Below, piece after piece: positions 13,488-26,118 of a stretch of 64,000 bases of DNA. Each line of letters starts with the position of its first letter. Positions within the stretch are counted from its first letter, which is position 1. The stretch lies in the NCBI GenBank assembly GCA_973895155.1, contig OZ316895.1, positions 24,185,538 to 24,249,537 on the forward strand, written 5' to 3'. The notes beneath the pieces are model-generated. The model did no database searches, was not told the DNA's origin, and was given only the letters and a program-made list of their open reading frames with translations. The DNA comes from Marsupella aquatica (Eukaryota; Plantae; Marchantiophyta). A program made the position numbers and the translations under genes.

Positions 13488-15011
13488 ATGGCTGCTTCTC
13501 AGGCTCTTCTTCTTGCCCACACTGCTGCTCGGCTCTCGTCTCCTGCTGCGGCTGCTGCCTCCTCTGTGCTTTCCCTCGGCAGCAGGGCGACAATTGCTGG
13601 AAGCTCGTCCTCGTCTTCCTCTTCTCGTCTAGTGGAGGCACCGAATTTGACCGAGTTGTGTGAAAAGGCTCGCCTCCATCTCACCCCTGAAGAGGTGCCT
13701 GACTACCCCACCCCCTTCTCTCGCTTTCTCTACCTTCAGTTGTGTGCAATTCTCCCTTTCTACAAACATTGGGCTGCCGCATTGGGGAAAGGGCCTCTGT
13801 GTGTTTCACCTCGTTTTGGTGGGTCTACGGATAGTGCACCTTCTGTTCCAATCCCAGGCAAAAATAGTAATGCAATTTCCTTGAAAATTGAAGCTAGGTA
13901 GGTACCGCAAGGTTGCTAGTGTGTGAGGCTTGACCTCGAAAACATTCATTGCTTCATATGGAGACTTGGAATCCATGACTGATCTGAATTCCTTGTGTTC
14001 TATGGGCTAAGATTGCGGACTTCACTCCGAAGATTGCGAGCGTTGTGGACTGGTAAGCACTTGTATTTCCCTGCATGGATGCTCCGGTGAAAGAAAGACC
14101 GAGGCAAAGTTGTTGACAGAACAGCAACTGGAACATTGTATGATTATTCTTTGGAACCTGTTTTTCTTTTCGGCGGTCCTACTAGGACAACCATTTGCAA
14201 CAGATTTACGGTTTTTGCGATGAACTAAGGGTTTACTGAAGTGACTTATCACCTCGAAAATTGTGCTGGATATCAAATGACGCTCTCTTACTGGCTGTTC
14301 TGATGATACATTTCTCTGCTTCCAATGTTATGTTTTCTCAGCTTCAAGATTTCGACGTAGAGAATGTTGCACCAGCCATCCGCGTGGGTAGGAATTTTAA
14401 TTTCTTTTTGTCCCAATTAATTCATCTTTGGTACTTCATGTCGACGTAGAGAACAACCAACAAATTTATATGCACTTGATTCGATTCTAACCGGGTCTTT
14501 AGAGGACATCCCTGCGCCTGATATGGATGGTTGATACCTTCACGTGGTGGCTCTTTCTGAAAAGGAAAGTGAACGGTCTCGGTTGGAGAACAAACATTTC
14601 TGAAATGCGAGTTTTTGGCTATCGCAGGGACAGTGGGAGGAAGAAGCACCTTGCTCGCAGACGTGCCGGTGATTTTTGAAGAAAGGTGAGTACCCCACAT
14701 CAGCCTCGGAACCTTTGTCTAGAAACTTTCTATAATGTTGGTGCGGGTCTAAACGTAGCAAATGTGAAGAAGGAGCCTTCGTTACAACTTCGGTCCAGCC
14801 TAGGCGGATCGTGGTTAGAATTTAGAAGGGATGGTAGGTAACCGGTCAAAAAAGCTAAGGGAGGGTTATCCATGAAATGGCCAGGGAAGAAAGCAGTGAA
14901 TGATCTCGTGTTTGGCTTCTGGATTACAGGGAGGCAATGCTTTCTGCTGCACCCGAGCTGGAAGGACCTTATTTGAAAGTGCCAAGAATTTTGAAGGAAA
15001 ATACGGAGTAG
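13488..15011 (+). CDS. GATC: Glutamyl-tRNA(Gln) amidotransferase subunit C, organellar; exons 13488-13694, 14012-14052, 14332-14387, 14628-14685, 14930-15011; 147 aa
   Basis: A Ser/Ala-rich transit peptide is followed by LCEKARLHLTPEE-IADFTPKIASVVDW-FSQLQDFDVENVAPAIR...LADVPVIFEEREAMLSAAPELEGPYLKVPRIL, a typical GatC pattern. The intron 2 acceptor reads AT rather than AG (see findings). Confidence 0.88.
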
Positions 15012-15826
15012 CGTGTTTGACACGGGTCATGGTGGTACGTTAGATCAGATTTTTCTGCAACTGTTCTTTTGACAAGTTGAAAGGTGATATTCATTACCAG
15101 CAAGTTGACCAGCGCTTCAGAGGGAGAAGTGTTGTTACCGGAAGCAGATACTTGAAGTGATGACAGGCGCACGTTAGTACTAACACAGACTATCCCAAAT
15201 GACCATATTATTACAGAAATAGAATCCTCGATCATAGTAGTTGTAGATTTAGTGTAGGTTAGACATTGACACTTTGGACCTCACACGCCAGTCCTTCAAC
15301 TCGGAAGCAAAAGCAAGGAGCATATTAATTGATGCTTTGCATGATTGGTTACTGACTGAACAGAGACAATTTTTCGTGCCTATGTCTTGAGATTTTTGTA
15401 TGGCATGTATAAAGAAATGGTACCGGGTTGATGTGGGTTGCAAATGCAATTTCGGGGTTAGACACGAAGAATAGTTGTAGATTGCCATGGAGATTTATCA
15501 GTGACAGACTTGCATCAACTACGTGGGTTTCATAGTAAACAGATGATTGAGAAGGAATCCACGAAAGAAAAAGGAAACAGATGATTCAGAAGGAATCTGA
15601 CCAGAGCGAACTTCCCAAACAGAATAACTAGGAAGTAGCCAGCTCAAGTTGTAGATGAAGCTGGCGTTGATGCATGTTAACGATGGCCATTTCAAGATGC
15701 TTTGGAGAGGTAACAGCAATCGCAAGAGCCCAAAGCTGACAGTCAAACATGAAAACTGGAAGCAGGTATGACAAATTACCTCCACGTTTCCACTATATAA
15801 CATACTGTAGACGCAGCTATTGTCGT

Positions 15827-16113
15827 CATGGAAAAAAGCAAATGGACGATGGAATGGAAGAAACTTTCCACCATACTAAAAGCAGAAATGATCAGCTTAG
15901 AGGAAAGCAGATGGATTAAGACAAGACACAGAGAGAAAAGATCTACCGTATTTCCACTAGACAGTAAACGCAACAAAATTCATCATGGAGAAAAGCAAAA
16001 TGGATGATGGAACGAAAGAAACTTTCCACTGTACTGTAGAAGCAGAAATGATCAGCGCAGAGGAAAGCAGATGGATTGAGAGAAAATTTCCAAGAGACAT
16101 AGAAAAGATCTAC
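15827..16113 (+). repeat. Diverged tandem duplication, ~157-bp unit x2
   Basis: CATGGA(A/G)AAAAGCAAA...GCAGAAATGATCAGC...GAAAAGATCTACC occurs at 15827 and ~15984. Confidence 0.8.
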
Positions 16114-16520
16114 CTCATCTTATCGTTCTTATCAATAGAGTGATGACTACTAGGGACAGCAGAGAGGCCCTAATTGAGGATAAGATCCAGCAAGTTATTC
16201 GGGACAATAGAGAAGTGGAAAAAGAAATCAAAGCAGCGAGAGAGAAACCATAAGAAGTAGACCCAACCAAATGACTATGACAATAGAAAGGACTGGCAGA
16301 ACAAGGAGCTGCATAGCTTCATTGGAGAGAAATGAGAAAACTGAAAAGAGAAAGGCACATTTGCCAAAGCTGTGTCAAATGGACACAACAGAACAAGAAT
16401 TGCCTGTTAAAATGTGACAATATTCTGTGTAAAAATTACATACCATGTGTGACACCATTATGAGTGCTATTCCATTATATAGTGTTATATGAGTTTAGAG
16501 CTTTAATATGTGTGCTATTT

Positions 16521-17372
16521 GAGAACTTTGTCGTTACGGACCCCACTAGAGGTCCCTTCCAAAATTCATGGCATCACAGCGTGCCACGTCAACAACAACC
16601 GCAACAAACAAGACTCGTCGATTTTGTGAATCAAACTTATAGTTTTCATTCGTGTTTGTGTCAATTTGGGTGTAAATTTTGAGACGCCATACCGTAAAAA
16701 GAAAAGTAAAAACATTGAAAATGCAAAGAGCAAGATGATTAAAACAGTCACTATATAACCGTTTTAGTTACATTTCCAATTTTAAAACTTAAATTCAAAG
16801 ATTTATAAAAAGTATTTTTCATATAATAAATAATGACTAATAACTAACTTGATAACTTCCTAGTTAAACCGTAACTCTCGGTATGTACGGACCTCTCGTA
16901 TGGTGCGGTCATTAATGCTGGGAAGAGCACATAGAAACCCAGGATCGGGGAGGAGGAATGGCTGGAATCTTGAAAGTTCATCGAATTTTATACTCAAAAC
17001 TATTTACTCATTCTCAAAACAAAAAATACCCAATCGTAGATCGCATTGAGATCTTTCTTTTGCACCCTAGATCGCCTTCTAACATGGATGAATAAGATTT
17101 CTAGAGGCATTACAAAATGGACGGCAAAGATTGTAAAATCAACAAAATCGACGGCTAGGAAGGCTTGGATTTGTTTAATTTTTCATTTGAAAAATATTAA
17201 CCCATTTGCAAAACGGACAGAACCTATCCATAGATCTATTTGAGATCTTTCTTTTGAGCCATAGATTGACCATTATGATCGATGGACAAGATTTCCGGAG
17301 ATAAGAAATGGAGACGGCTCAAATCGACTCTTCCCCCTGATTTTATTAGCCAAGGGGTCCACGAACTAATTC
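16521..17372 (+). mobile_element. Non-autonomous MULE-like element, copy B
   Basis: Shares both termini with copy A in inverted orientation. Its left part also matches 51708-51825. Confidence 0.5.
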
Positions 17373-19631
17373 TTTACGTTTATAGGAATAGTCTAACACA
17401 AAGAATATTGTTTAGTGATGTTTATGCGCATGACACATGATAAACCCAAATTGCATATCAAAATATGACAATATACTAAGTACTATATATAGTTCACACT
17501 ATGATAAACCCAAATATTAGAAGAGGGGCCAACAATAGAATACACATATGCTTGATTTACAGTTATGGTCAGGCAGCAATGGCACGCTCCCAAGCTTTGA
17601 CAGAACTATGCATTTAGCACAACAGTATCATCCCAGTTCACACAGTAAGAAATTCCTTATTAAATTTTGGATCCAACTAACCCAACATTTTTAGGTACTT
17701 GTGAAACTTTTTGAGAATTGTTATGCAAATTTCAAGAATCTTCTAAGCATCCCTGGATAAATATGTATAAGTTACATGTTAATACATTTTGATGTAATAC
17801 ATCAATATGCATCAATGTATTACATCAAATTGCTTGAAATCTTACTCTTTACTAAAAGTTGCATTGTAAAGTTTTTTCTGAGTGTCACAAGGTTACCTAC
17901 AATTTTCAATGAGTACTCATTTATTGCCAACCTGATCATATCAAAGGTACTGCAGTGGGTGCTGGTTGTTGATGAATCTCTTTCAGGTTCTGTAGTCTGT
18001 ACGCTCGTTGCCTCTTCATCACTCGCTCTAAACCTCAGACACAGACGAACAGACCCAAATGTCCTTTTTCCTCAGATCTCGTCTTACAATCATGATCGGA
18101 ACTGCACTCGTCATTAATACAGAGTCAACAAAGGAACCTTGAGATGCGATCATGCGAGCCCTCGACCGCGAATAACAAACAACCTCCTGTTTCATAGTCT
18201 TTTCAGGCCAGAAAAGCTGGAAATCTACATGATGATTGTATCAAGCGGTTTGGAGAGGACTAAATTTTGCATGCAGTACGGCTCTGGACTGCAGACTGGC
18301 ACTGCTGAGGAAGACCATCCGAGGAGCAGGTAAATTACGAGCAGTAATCGACTTCCAGCCAATCCTTCTCCATTCTATTGCGGAGCACGAGACTCGGTGC
18401 GTTCACTTTATATCAGGAAATGACGATTTCAATAGAGCTCTTGGAAAATGATGCATGAATAGATTGAATGTCAGTATTTCTTGTCTCCCATAGTGTAACT
18501 GGAAGTCTAGAACATTAATATGAGAATATGCAAAACAGTGGACACGGATTTGTTCTTTCATATAGAGAGTGGACGTCTAATGATGGCGTTTCGAGGAATT
18601 GTGAGGATAGGGAGCGTAACGCTCATAATAATATCCATCAGCTCCCGTCCACTCATCACTACCAAGCAGAACAGCCAAATACCGTTCTGTCGTTTCTCTG
18701 TTCCTTCACGGAGTTTGTAGTAGGAGCAGACTAAATCAGTTTCTGCCCAGATTTGTTTGTTTGTTTGACTTGAACGGTTACATGAGCACAGTGTCGGCAC
18801 AGATTTCCTTGAAAGGAAACTGCAAGGATTTGGGGAGTGGGGACCAAAGAACGCCATTACCAAACAACTGACACAAACATACATGACTAGTGGGATGAGC
18901 ATATTAAACTTTTGTTCCTACATGCCCATCAAATCAATCCAACGAGCAGCTGTCAGAATGGTGGCAGGGACATGATATCCTTGTGGGCAAAAAGTTGGGT
19001 CCCAAACTGTTTTGGATTCAATAGTAGACTTATTACAAGCTACTTTGGGGATTTGCTTTACCTACTGTATTTGTTTTGGAGATCTTTGGTCCACACACTC
19101 TCTTGACCATTTCTTATGAACATGTGCGATCTGTTGTGTGCAGACAGACGAATTATGTCTTTCTGTGCTCAGTGTCTTTTTTAAACAAAGAATGTCGATT
19201 ATACACTACAAAAGACTCAAATATTCTCTTCAGAGTTCAGACGGCCAAGCTGTTTGGTATTAGCCCTGCTAAACAAGTTCTTCTTTCAAAACTTTACCAG
19301 GCTGTTCAAGTTGTTGCTAAATATGCCTTTAGTTACTTTGCCATACTTGGGGAGTCTCAAGGGTTTTGGCTCTTTGATCTTCATGGGGTTTTCCCTTGTT
19401 CCCTTTTCATTGGGTCTCCTACCTGCGGGATCCTGGTTAATTTGTCACTTTTTGTTCTTTGACAATCTGATAAATGTACTAAAAAATGCTACATTTGACC
19501 TGTATGTACCAAGTTAATCAAATTATTTTGCGCAACTAAACCTGGAAAAAGATGATAACCTGATAATTTAACTAGAATAACAAAGAAGAGTGACAATGTA
19601 GTCAATTTTTTTAAATCAAATAAATTGTATG

Positions 19632-19805
19632 GACAGTGTTCTTCACTAACAAACCAAACCCTGGACAAAAGGAATGACCTGATTCGGCTCCTTGGGGGAA
19701 ACAAATTACTGACGATTGTACTCGACAGTTCTTCATTAAGAAACCAAACCCTGGACAAAAGGAAAGACCTGATTGGGGCCCTTGGGGGAAACAAATTACT
19801 GACGA
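19632..19805 (+). repeat. Tandem duplication, ~93-bp unit x2
   Basis: AAACCAAACCCTGGACAAAAGGAA...CTTGGGGGAAACAAATTACTGACGA occurs twice. Confidence 0.85.
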
Positions 19806-19897
19806 AGCCCCTTCTTTTGAAAGGGACCTGCTGGCCCCAGTCCCTGCAACCCAGCCCATCTAACCCTTGTAGTGTTCGAAGTCAACTACCTACAGTA

Positions 19898-22555
19898 CAG
19901 TGGCCCCTGGATAAATGCACCCTCTCGGGAAGAACGATCTGGCATGCACTTAAGCAGGTGTTGCATGACTTGATAAGCGCACATCCCACTAAAAGTGCTG
20001 TAATAGATAAGTGTGCTTAATTTAAGATCCTTTGTTAAATGTGTAATTATCCAAGGTTTCCAAGTATTTGAGACCAAATTGTTTGGGCGATGGCAGATTG
20101 AGCACTACCAAGTGAATGAACAATGATATGGACTCCAGAACTCACCATGCACATTGTAAATAGTGCAATATACCCAGATCACACAGACATTCCGTGAAAT
20201 CAACCTTTATTTCAAAATGAGAACATTAGTGTCGAGTGTGTAGTAAAAACAAAAGTGGTCTGTCTACAGTTCCTACATTGGGCCTACACAACTTCTTCAG
20301 TACCAACAGCAGTATGGATTGAGCAGTCCCCTTCAACTAAGGAGCTTTCTGCCTGGTCTACTTCGCCCTCCACAGCCTCAGCATTGTATTTCCCTTCAAT
20401 ATAGGTCCATCTGCCATCTGGGCTAAAAGTTCCGTTCAATTTCTTCCACCTATGAAGCTGGCCAAAGCATTCGCCATCCAGATCAAGCCGAAAATGGAAC
20501 TATGCTACCTGGTGATGTGTCGTAAGGCAAGCAGTCACCCAATCCCAGGATACACAGCGGATGCTTGATGACAATCGAAACGGGCACTTCCAGCAAACAC
20601 ATTGTTTCTCAATGATAGTTGACCACGAAGAGGTGATGATGTGGGTAGTGCTAGGGTTCATCTCCGTGGCAAAGACTCCCCCGAAAAGCTTGAATCTGTC
20701 ACGGAGAACAGTGTATCGTGTCCATCCCACCTTCCCATCAAACATGAAGCATGCATTGACCCCTCGGAAAAACTGATCTTCCAAAGGTGCTACGAGGGGC
20801 ACGAGTCAACATTGACATACTCTGTGACTGATAAATTCACTGCATAGGTCACTGACAATTGCTGCAAGTGTTCACCAAGTTCTTCCAATTGATTATCAAG
20901 ATCAAAGTCCTCCAACGGTACCTCAAGGTCAATTTCACGGGAAACTCGATCTGTTCGTTCATCCCTGAAAATCGTCAGACCACAATGTTCCCAACAATGT
21001 TGAATTGTAGCCTGCGTAACTCCATCATTCCATGCATTTACCACCATCATTACAGCTTGATAGACATCAACTGAAAATGGCTCACCCTTCTCAAAATCGG
21101 CTAGTTGTTTTCGAATGAACAATCTCCGATATTGACACTTAAAGCTCTGACTTATACCTGCATCCATGGGCTGCAGACGTGAGGTGGTGTTTGGAGGCAA
21201 AAACATGACTTTCGTAATTTCCAGCTTGCTGGCAATTGGAGCCAGAAGATGTCCAGGTGCGTTGTCCAGCAGCAAGACCACCTTTTTTCGGCCCAAAGAT
21301 TTCAACCGGCTATCGAATCGAAGCACCCAATCCTGAAAAATGTCGCCCTTCATCCACGCTTTTGAATTGCTATACCACATAATGCCCAAGTTGTTCGATA
21401 GCTTGATCTTGCGTTGGGAGAAAGCTCGGGGCATTGCAGCCTTGTTAATGACCAGTGGAGGGAGCTTCATGCTGCCATCCATGTTCGTACACAATCCCAC
21501 TATGATCCGTGTCTTGTCTTTCTTCTGTCCTTTGATTGCTCTGTCTCACAAGGACTTGTTCGGCTGCAATTTGAAAAATAGCCCTGTTTCATCCATGTTA
21601 AAAACATCATAGGGTTCGTAGGCTTGCAATGTAGCCTTGAGAGCTGCGACTTGATCCCATGTATCCTTGGTCACTTGACAAGAGTCAGCTTCACCATGCA
21701 TGACACGTAGCTGAATGTTGTGCCATTTTTTGAATCCATGCAACCAACCTGAGCTAAACTTGCAATCCTTGACAGCCGGTACCTTTTCTGAGAATCGGGC
21801 TTGCAATCCCTTAGCTTTCTCAACAATCAAATCCTCAGAAATTGTCACTCGAGCTTCTTGGGCAGTGAGGAACCAACAATACAGGCTTTCTTCCAGATCT
21901 GGGCAAAGTGCACTACGATTTCGTTTGACTTCATTTGCAGTCACATTGGCAAGCAATGAGAAAGATTTCTTCAAGATTCTATCAACAGTAGTTTGATGTA
22001 CCTTAGTGCCAAATGTTTCTGAAGCCCATTCAACTAGAGCTTTGTTTGTGAGCTCCGGATGCTTTTGCTTGTGGTGACACATTTCTCACTTCTGCTTGTG
22101 AGTCAGTGTAGTCACCTTCCTTTCCTCCATGTTGATTCCACCTGACAATCCCAATGACTCACGAGCTACAGTACCACGAGCTACAGTGCGCAGCCGTGTT
22201 CGCATGCTCTATGGACCCAGTAGTCAGCGTCGTGCCTTGATCCCTGCCCTAATCGGGGCCCTAATCCTTTGCCCACTCTCCGTAAGTGCATTATCTACTC
22301 TACTAATAATGGGCAAGCCTTTATTGGTAAATAACATTTCTGGAGTTTATGCATTTACATATAAGCGCATTCAATCACTTATCCAGGGTAAGCGCTTAGA
22401 AAGTTGTCGTTTAGCGGAATGAGTTTAGCCCTATGTGCGCTTAGAAAAACTCTTAAAAACCGCTTATCCCGTGTACAAAAAAAGGGAAGAACAAGATGAC
22501 ATGCAATAATCCAGGGTAAGCATTTATGGAGAGTGCATTTATCCAGAGTTAACTG
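19898..22555 (-). mobile_element. pogo/Tigger-like (Tc1/mariner superfamily) DNA transposon, full length, inactivated
   Basis: TIRs are CAGTggcccCTGGATAAATGCAC (left) and CAGTtaactCTGGATAAATGCAC (right, reverse complement). TA flanks both ends (19896-97, 22556-57) and there is an internal transposase. Confidence 0.9.
20284..22130 (-). pseudogene. pogo transposase (CENP-B-type HTH + DDE_1) with probable C-terminal BRCT domain; 3 in-frame stops and 1 frameshift
   Basis: Motifs are FSSGWLHGFKKWHNI, VFNMDETGLFF, LLLDNAPGH and LPPNTTSRLQPMDAGI. Stops fall at 22086-88, 21546-48 and 20500-02, with a 1-nt shift at ~20802 into a BRCT-like frame. Confidence 0.85.
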
Positions 22556-24472
22556 TAGTACCCTCCAGCCCTCTTTGTCCTTACCAGCCTATTTTTCAAG
22601 GGTTTGTTTTTCCAAAAGTGGCCAATGTTATTTGGTGTGAAGTAAAATATTCTGATATTTAATTATATTGATTTCTGAGATTAATTTAGATCTCCCAACC
22701 AACGGTGACGAAGTGTTGTAACGTACTGAAACATGAAGTAGTGACTGACTGATGGGTAATAACTGAGACCCCGGGAATCCAGGGGCGATGTCCATCATCA
22801 GCGTCCGACACAGTACAGAGAGAAAACAGGCCGTAGATTCTGACGGGGACGGACAGAAGTGCTTCACGACTCCTCTGCCGGCGACGTTTTTAATCGTGAG
22901 AACCGCAGGACATTCTCGGTGCATTGATTCGTGTCTGCACCTGGGAAAACGCCGGGAAACACTTCCCGAGGCGCCGGAGGAAGCACGCCGGTGGCCGGCA
23001 GACGAGCGGCGTCTTGGTAATTTGGTATGACAAGTCCCTACTAGGTTGACGGCGAAAGAAGCCGGCTACTTGCCGGTACCCGCCTCCTGGACTCCGTTGC
23101 TGTCTTCTGTTCATTCCTCGTCTTCGCAATCAATTGATGAAGAAACCTGAACATTGATTCTGCTGTTGAGTAATGGTGGCTGTTCACCCGACAGTGTCAA
23201 CTAGCCAATTTGAGGCTTCCTAGCTCTGAGGAGACTGAGGAGGGCTGATTAGATTAATTTGAGTGAAGATGGGTCTCACGAGAGGAGAGTTTTCTAAGTC
23301 GAGGTCCCATGAGTTGACATTAATTATTAAACAGAGGACATAGAATTGAAACTAAACCGTCCCGTGATTGCTCCTCAACTTGCTATTGTACCGTCAAGTG
23401 AGGGCTTGGAAAACTTAATAAACGTTGTTTGGAAGAAGTGCGCATTCCAAATTCCACGTTCCATGTTCTAGCATTCTTCACAAGGAATTCAGCATGTCTT
23501 GCGTCGACAAAAGATCAAAATCGTGATTCTGGATGTTCTAGCCCATGTGACGGCGATGGTCCAAACTGACACAGCTCGATCCTGGACGAAACGTACTTAG
23601 ATGCCATGACTTAGTGTATGTGCATTTATTCGTAATAATATCGATTGGACGATGACAATCAATGATTTATACGGTTCAGCACACTAAGCATGCTTCTGTC
23701 GAGAGGGGTGTTTTCACTGCCTAGCTGCTTTTCACGTGCGGGGTCTGCTACAATGGCGATACCAGCAGGACTACTTTCGATCTTTCGCCTCGTTTGGACG
23801 TTGAATTGAAATATTTTCCTTGTGGGGGCCTGCGCAACCATCGCGAGGGCATCTGCTATAAGGGCGATACCAGAACAACCAATCACGGTCCTTTAGCCTC
23901 TGATGAATATTGTTTTAACCACTATCAGGCATATGAGGCAAGAATTCTGTGAAGTATCACGATCTGGATCTCGATCTCGGTGCGCCAGTCTTACTAATTT
24001 TGGGAGAGTGTATGGAGCGACAGAAGAGAGAAAGATAAACTCATGTAATAAAATCGAACCACCACAACTTCACCAGAGTGAAGTAAAGAGTTTCTGTGAC
24101 TTCAATTCAATCAATGTTCTCTGATTCCAACAGCTCGTTAAGAATTGTAACATCGATGTTGCCAACTCGTTCGGTAGGATACTCATAATGGAATGTGTGT
24201 TTCAGAATAGCAAATTCGAGATACAACTCCCACTGAATCGTCCTTTGACCGAGCCTTAAACCTCTTGTGGCTTGTTAGTCCCAAACGAGAAGGTTGACAG
24301 CGCTAACACGACTCAGATGAGCTCTTCGAAGCAATTGCACACTAGGTAATTGCAAATTCACGACCAACTTCTCGTAAGCACGACAGGTCGAGTAGGGAGC
24401 TCCCTTAAAAATTTTGCCAAGACTTGACATTCCCATCGGTATTGAGTATGTCCCGCATCATTGGCTCGATTA

Positions 24473-24810
24473 GAGCATCTCCAACTGTGGGGTTGGTCTA
24501 CTATAAGGCTATGTTGACCAAACTTTAAAAAAAGGGCAAGCCCATTCATTTTTTTTCACCTTACTGGATCTATATATGTACTGCTGTGCTGTCAGTATAG
24601 AGCATTGAGGAATCATTTCTGGATTCTCCAAGATATATGATTAGTATCCTATGGTGAATAAATCAAAAGGTACAAAAAAACTAAAAAACCAACTATTGGA
24701 CTTGCTGTTTGATATATCATCCTTGCTATTTACAATATACTAAAAAAAACACACTTTTCAGATTATATTTAATGTATACAATAACCAAATAGCATAGGCC
24801 ACTGATGCTC
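24473..24810. mobile_element. Possible Tourist/PIF-Harbinger MITE
   Basis: tta|GAGCATCTCCAAC ... CACTGATGCTC|taa. The terminal match is only 7 bp and the TWA flanks are not identical. Confidence 0.3.
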
Positions 24811-25115
24811 TAATGGAACTTGAAAGGGCAAGCCCATTCATTTTTTTCCACCTTACTGGATCTATATATGTACTGCTGTGCTGTCAGTATAGAGCATTGA
24901 GGAATCATTTCTGGATTCTCCAAGATATAATGATTAGTATCCTATGGTGAATAAATCAAAAGGTACAAAAAAACTAAAAAACCAACTATTGGGCTTGCTG
25001 TTTGATATATCATCCTTGCTATTTACAATATACTAAAAAAAACACACTTTTCAGACTATATTTAATGTATACAATAACCAAATAGCATAGGCCACTGATG
25101 CTCTAATGGAACTTG
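24531..25115 (+). repeat. Near-perfect tandem duplication, 292/293 bp (24531-24822, 24823-25115)
   Basis: Direct comparison shows only a handful of differences. Confidence 0.95.
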
Positions 25116-25853
25116 TCGATTCGAGGGAACTTAGACCAAGATCTTCTTTGGAAAGAAATTAGTAACTCTCATAGGCCTGTTATTGAGAATAGTTCTCTCT
25201 AGCAGATTGCTGACAAAATTCCAGCTACTCACCTCTGGCGGTTTCCCAAGCAGGGGCGGGATGAACCAGACACTAGGTGCAATTGCTGCGCTCTGCAGGT
25301 TATGTGATTTGTGTAGTCTTGTTGTGGATGTGGAAATATCATAATTTTGGTTGGGTGTGATTGCTGTCCAAAGATTATCATTGTGGTAGGTGCTGTTGTT
25401 GAGAAAGTGATCATGCTATCATGTATATTTTTTATTGCAAAAAATCACCCTGGCGTAGAACTCCCAAGATTGCTTCTGGTCATGAAAGCATTTTACAAAT
25501 ACACCATGGGAAGAAAGATAAAGTTGGCATATACTTGTTTAGATGAATGGATAAAACGTTTTTGAAGATACCCTTCTACATGGTCTGACAGGTCAAGACC
25601 ACAATACTTCGATCCTGTTTTCTCAGTACAAGCTAGTTTTTCCAAATGCAGACCCTATCCACAAACTTTTTGGTTTCTATGTGCAAGATGTAAAGTTTTA
25701 GATTATCTAAGGATCCTGATGTAAGGAGTGGCTTTTCTATATTACATAACTTGAAATTAAAAAAAAATGATAGTAGGTAATGAGTCACTTTCCAAATATT
25801 GCATAACTTGAAACTTAAAAAATGAAGCAGGATCTAGTACTCTCAGCATGAGT

Positions 25854-26118
25854 CAAAGTTCCACCAAAGTTTATAAACTAGGTTAGGTGTTTGTCCTCTT
25901 TGGAACTCTTTTTCTTTCCTTTCATTGTACTTTGCTTTTATAATAAATTTTGGTTCTCTTTTTGGCTTAAATAAACCAGGAAAAAAATTAAGTACAACGA
26001 AAGGAAAGAAAAAGAGGTCCAGGAAAAAAGAGGTGCAAAGAGGAAGAACACCAGGAAAAAGAAAAAGAATGAGTCACTGAAATAAACATTAATTCACCTG
26101 GGCGAACTTTGATGGCCC
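25854..26118. mobile_element. Foldback/MITE-like element
   Basis: Ends are TCAAAGTTCCACC ... GGCGAACTTTGA, with internal inverted arms at 25886-25932 and 25990-26052. Confidence 0.35.

Noticed and set aside
14503-14535. Alternative GatC exon after tttag
   Set aside because: Hits a stop in 11 codons; 14628-14685 gives the conserved sequence.
17950-19460. Possible small spliced gene
   Set aside because: Isolated splice-like signals, but no consistent frame or recognisable protein.
22780-23160. GC-rich patch with short ORFs
   Set aside because: No recognisable domain in any frame; may be a UTR or TE fragment.
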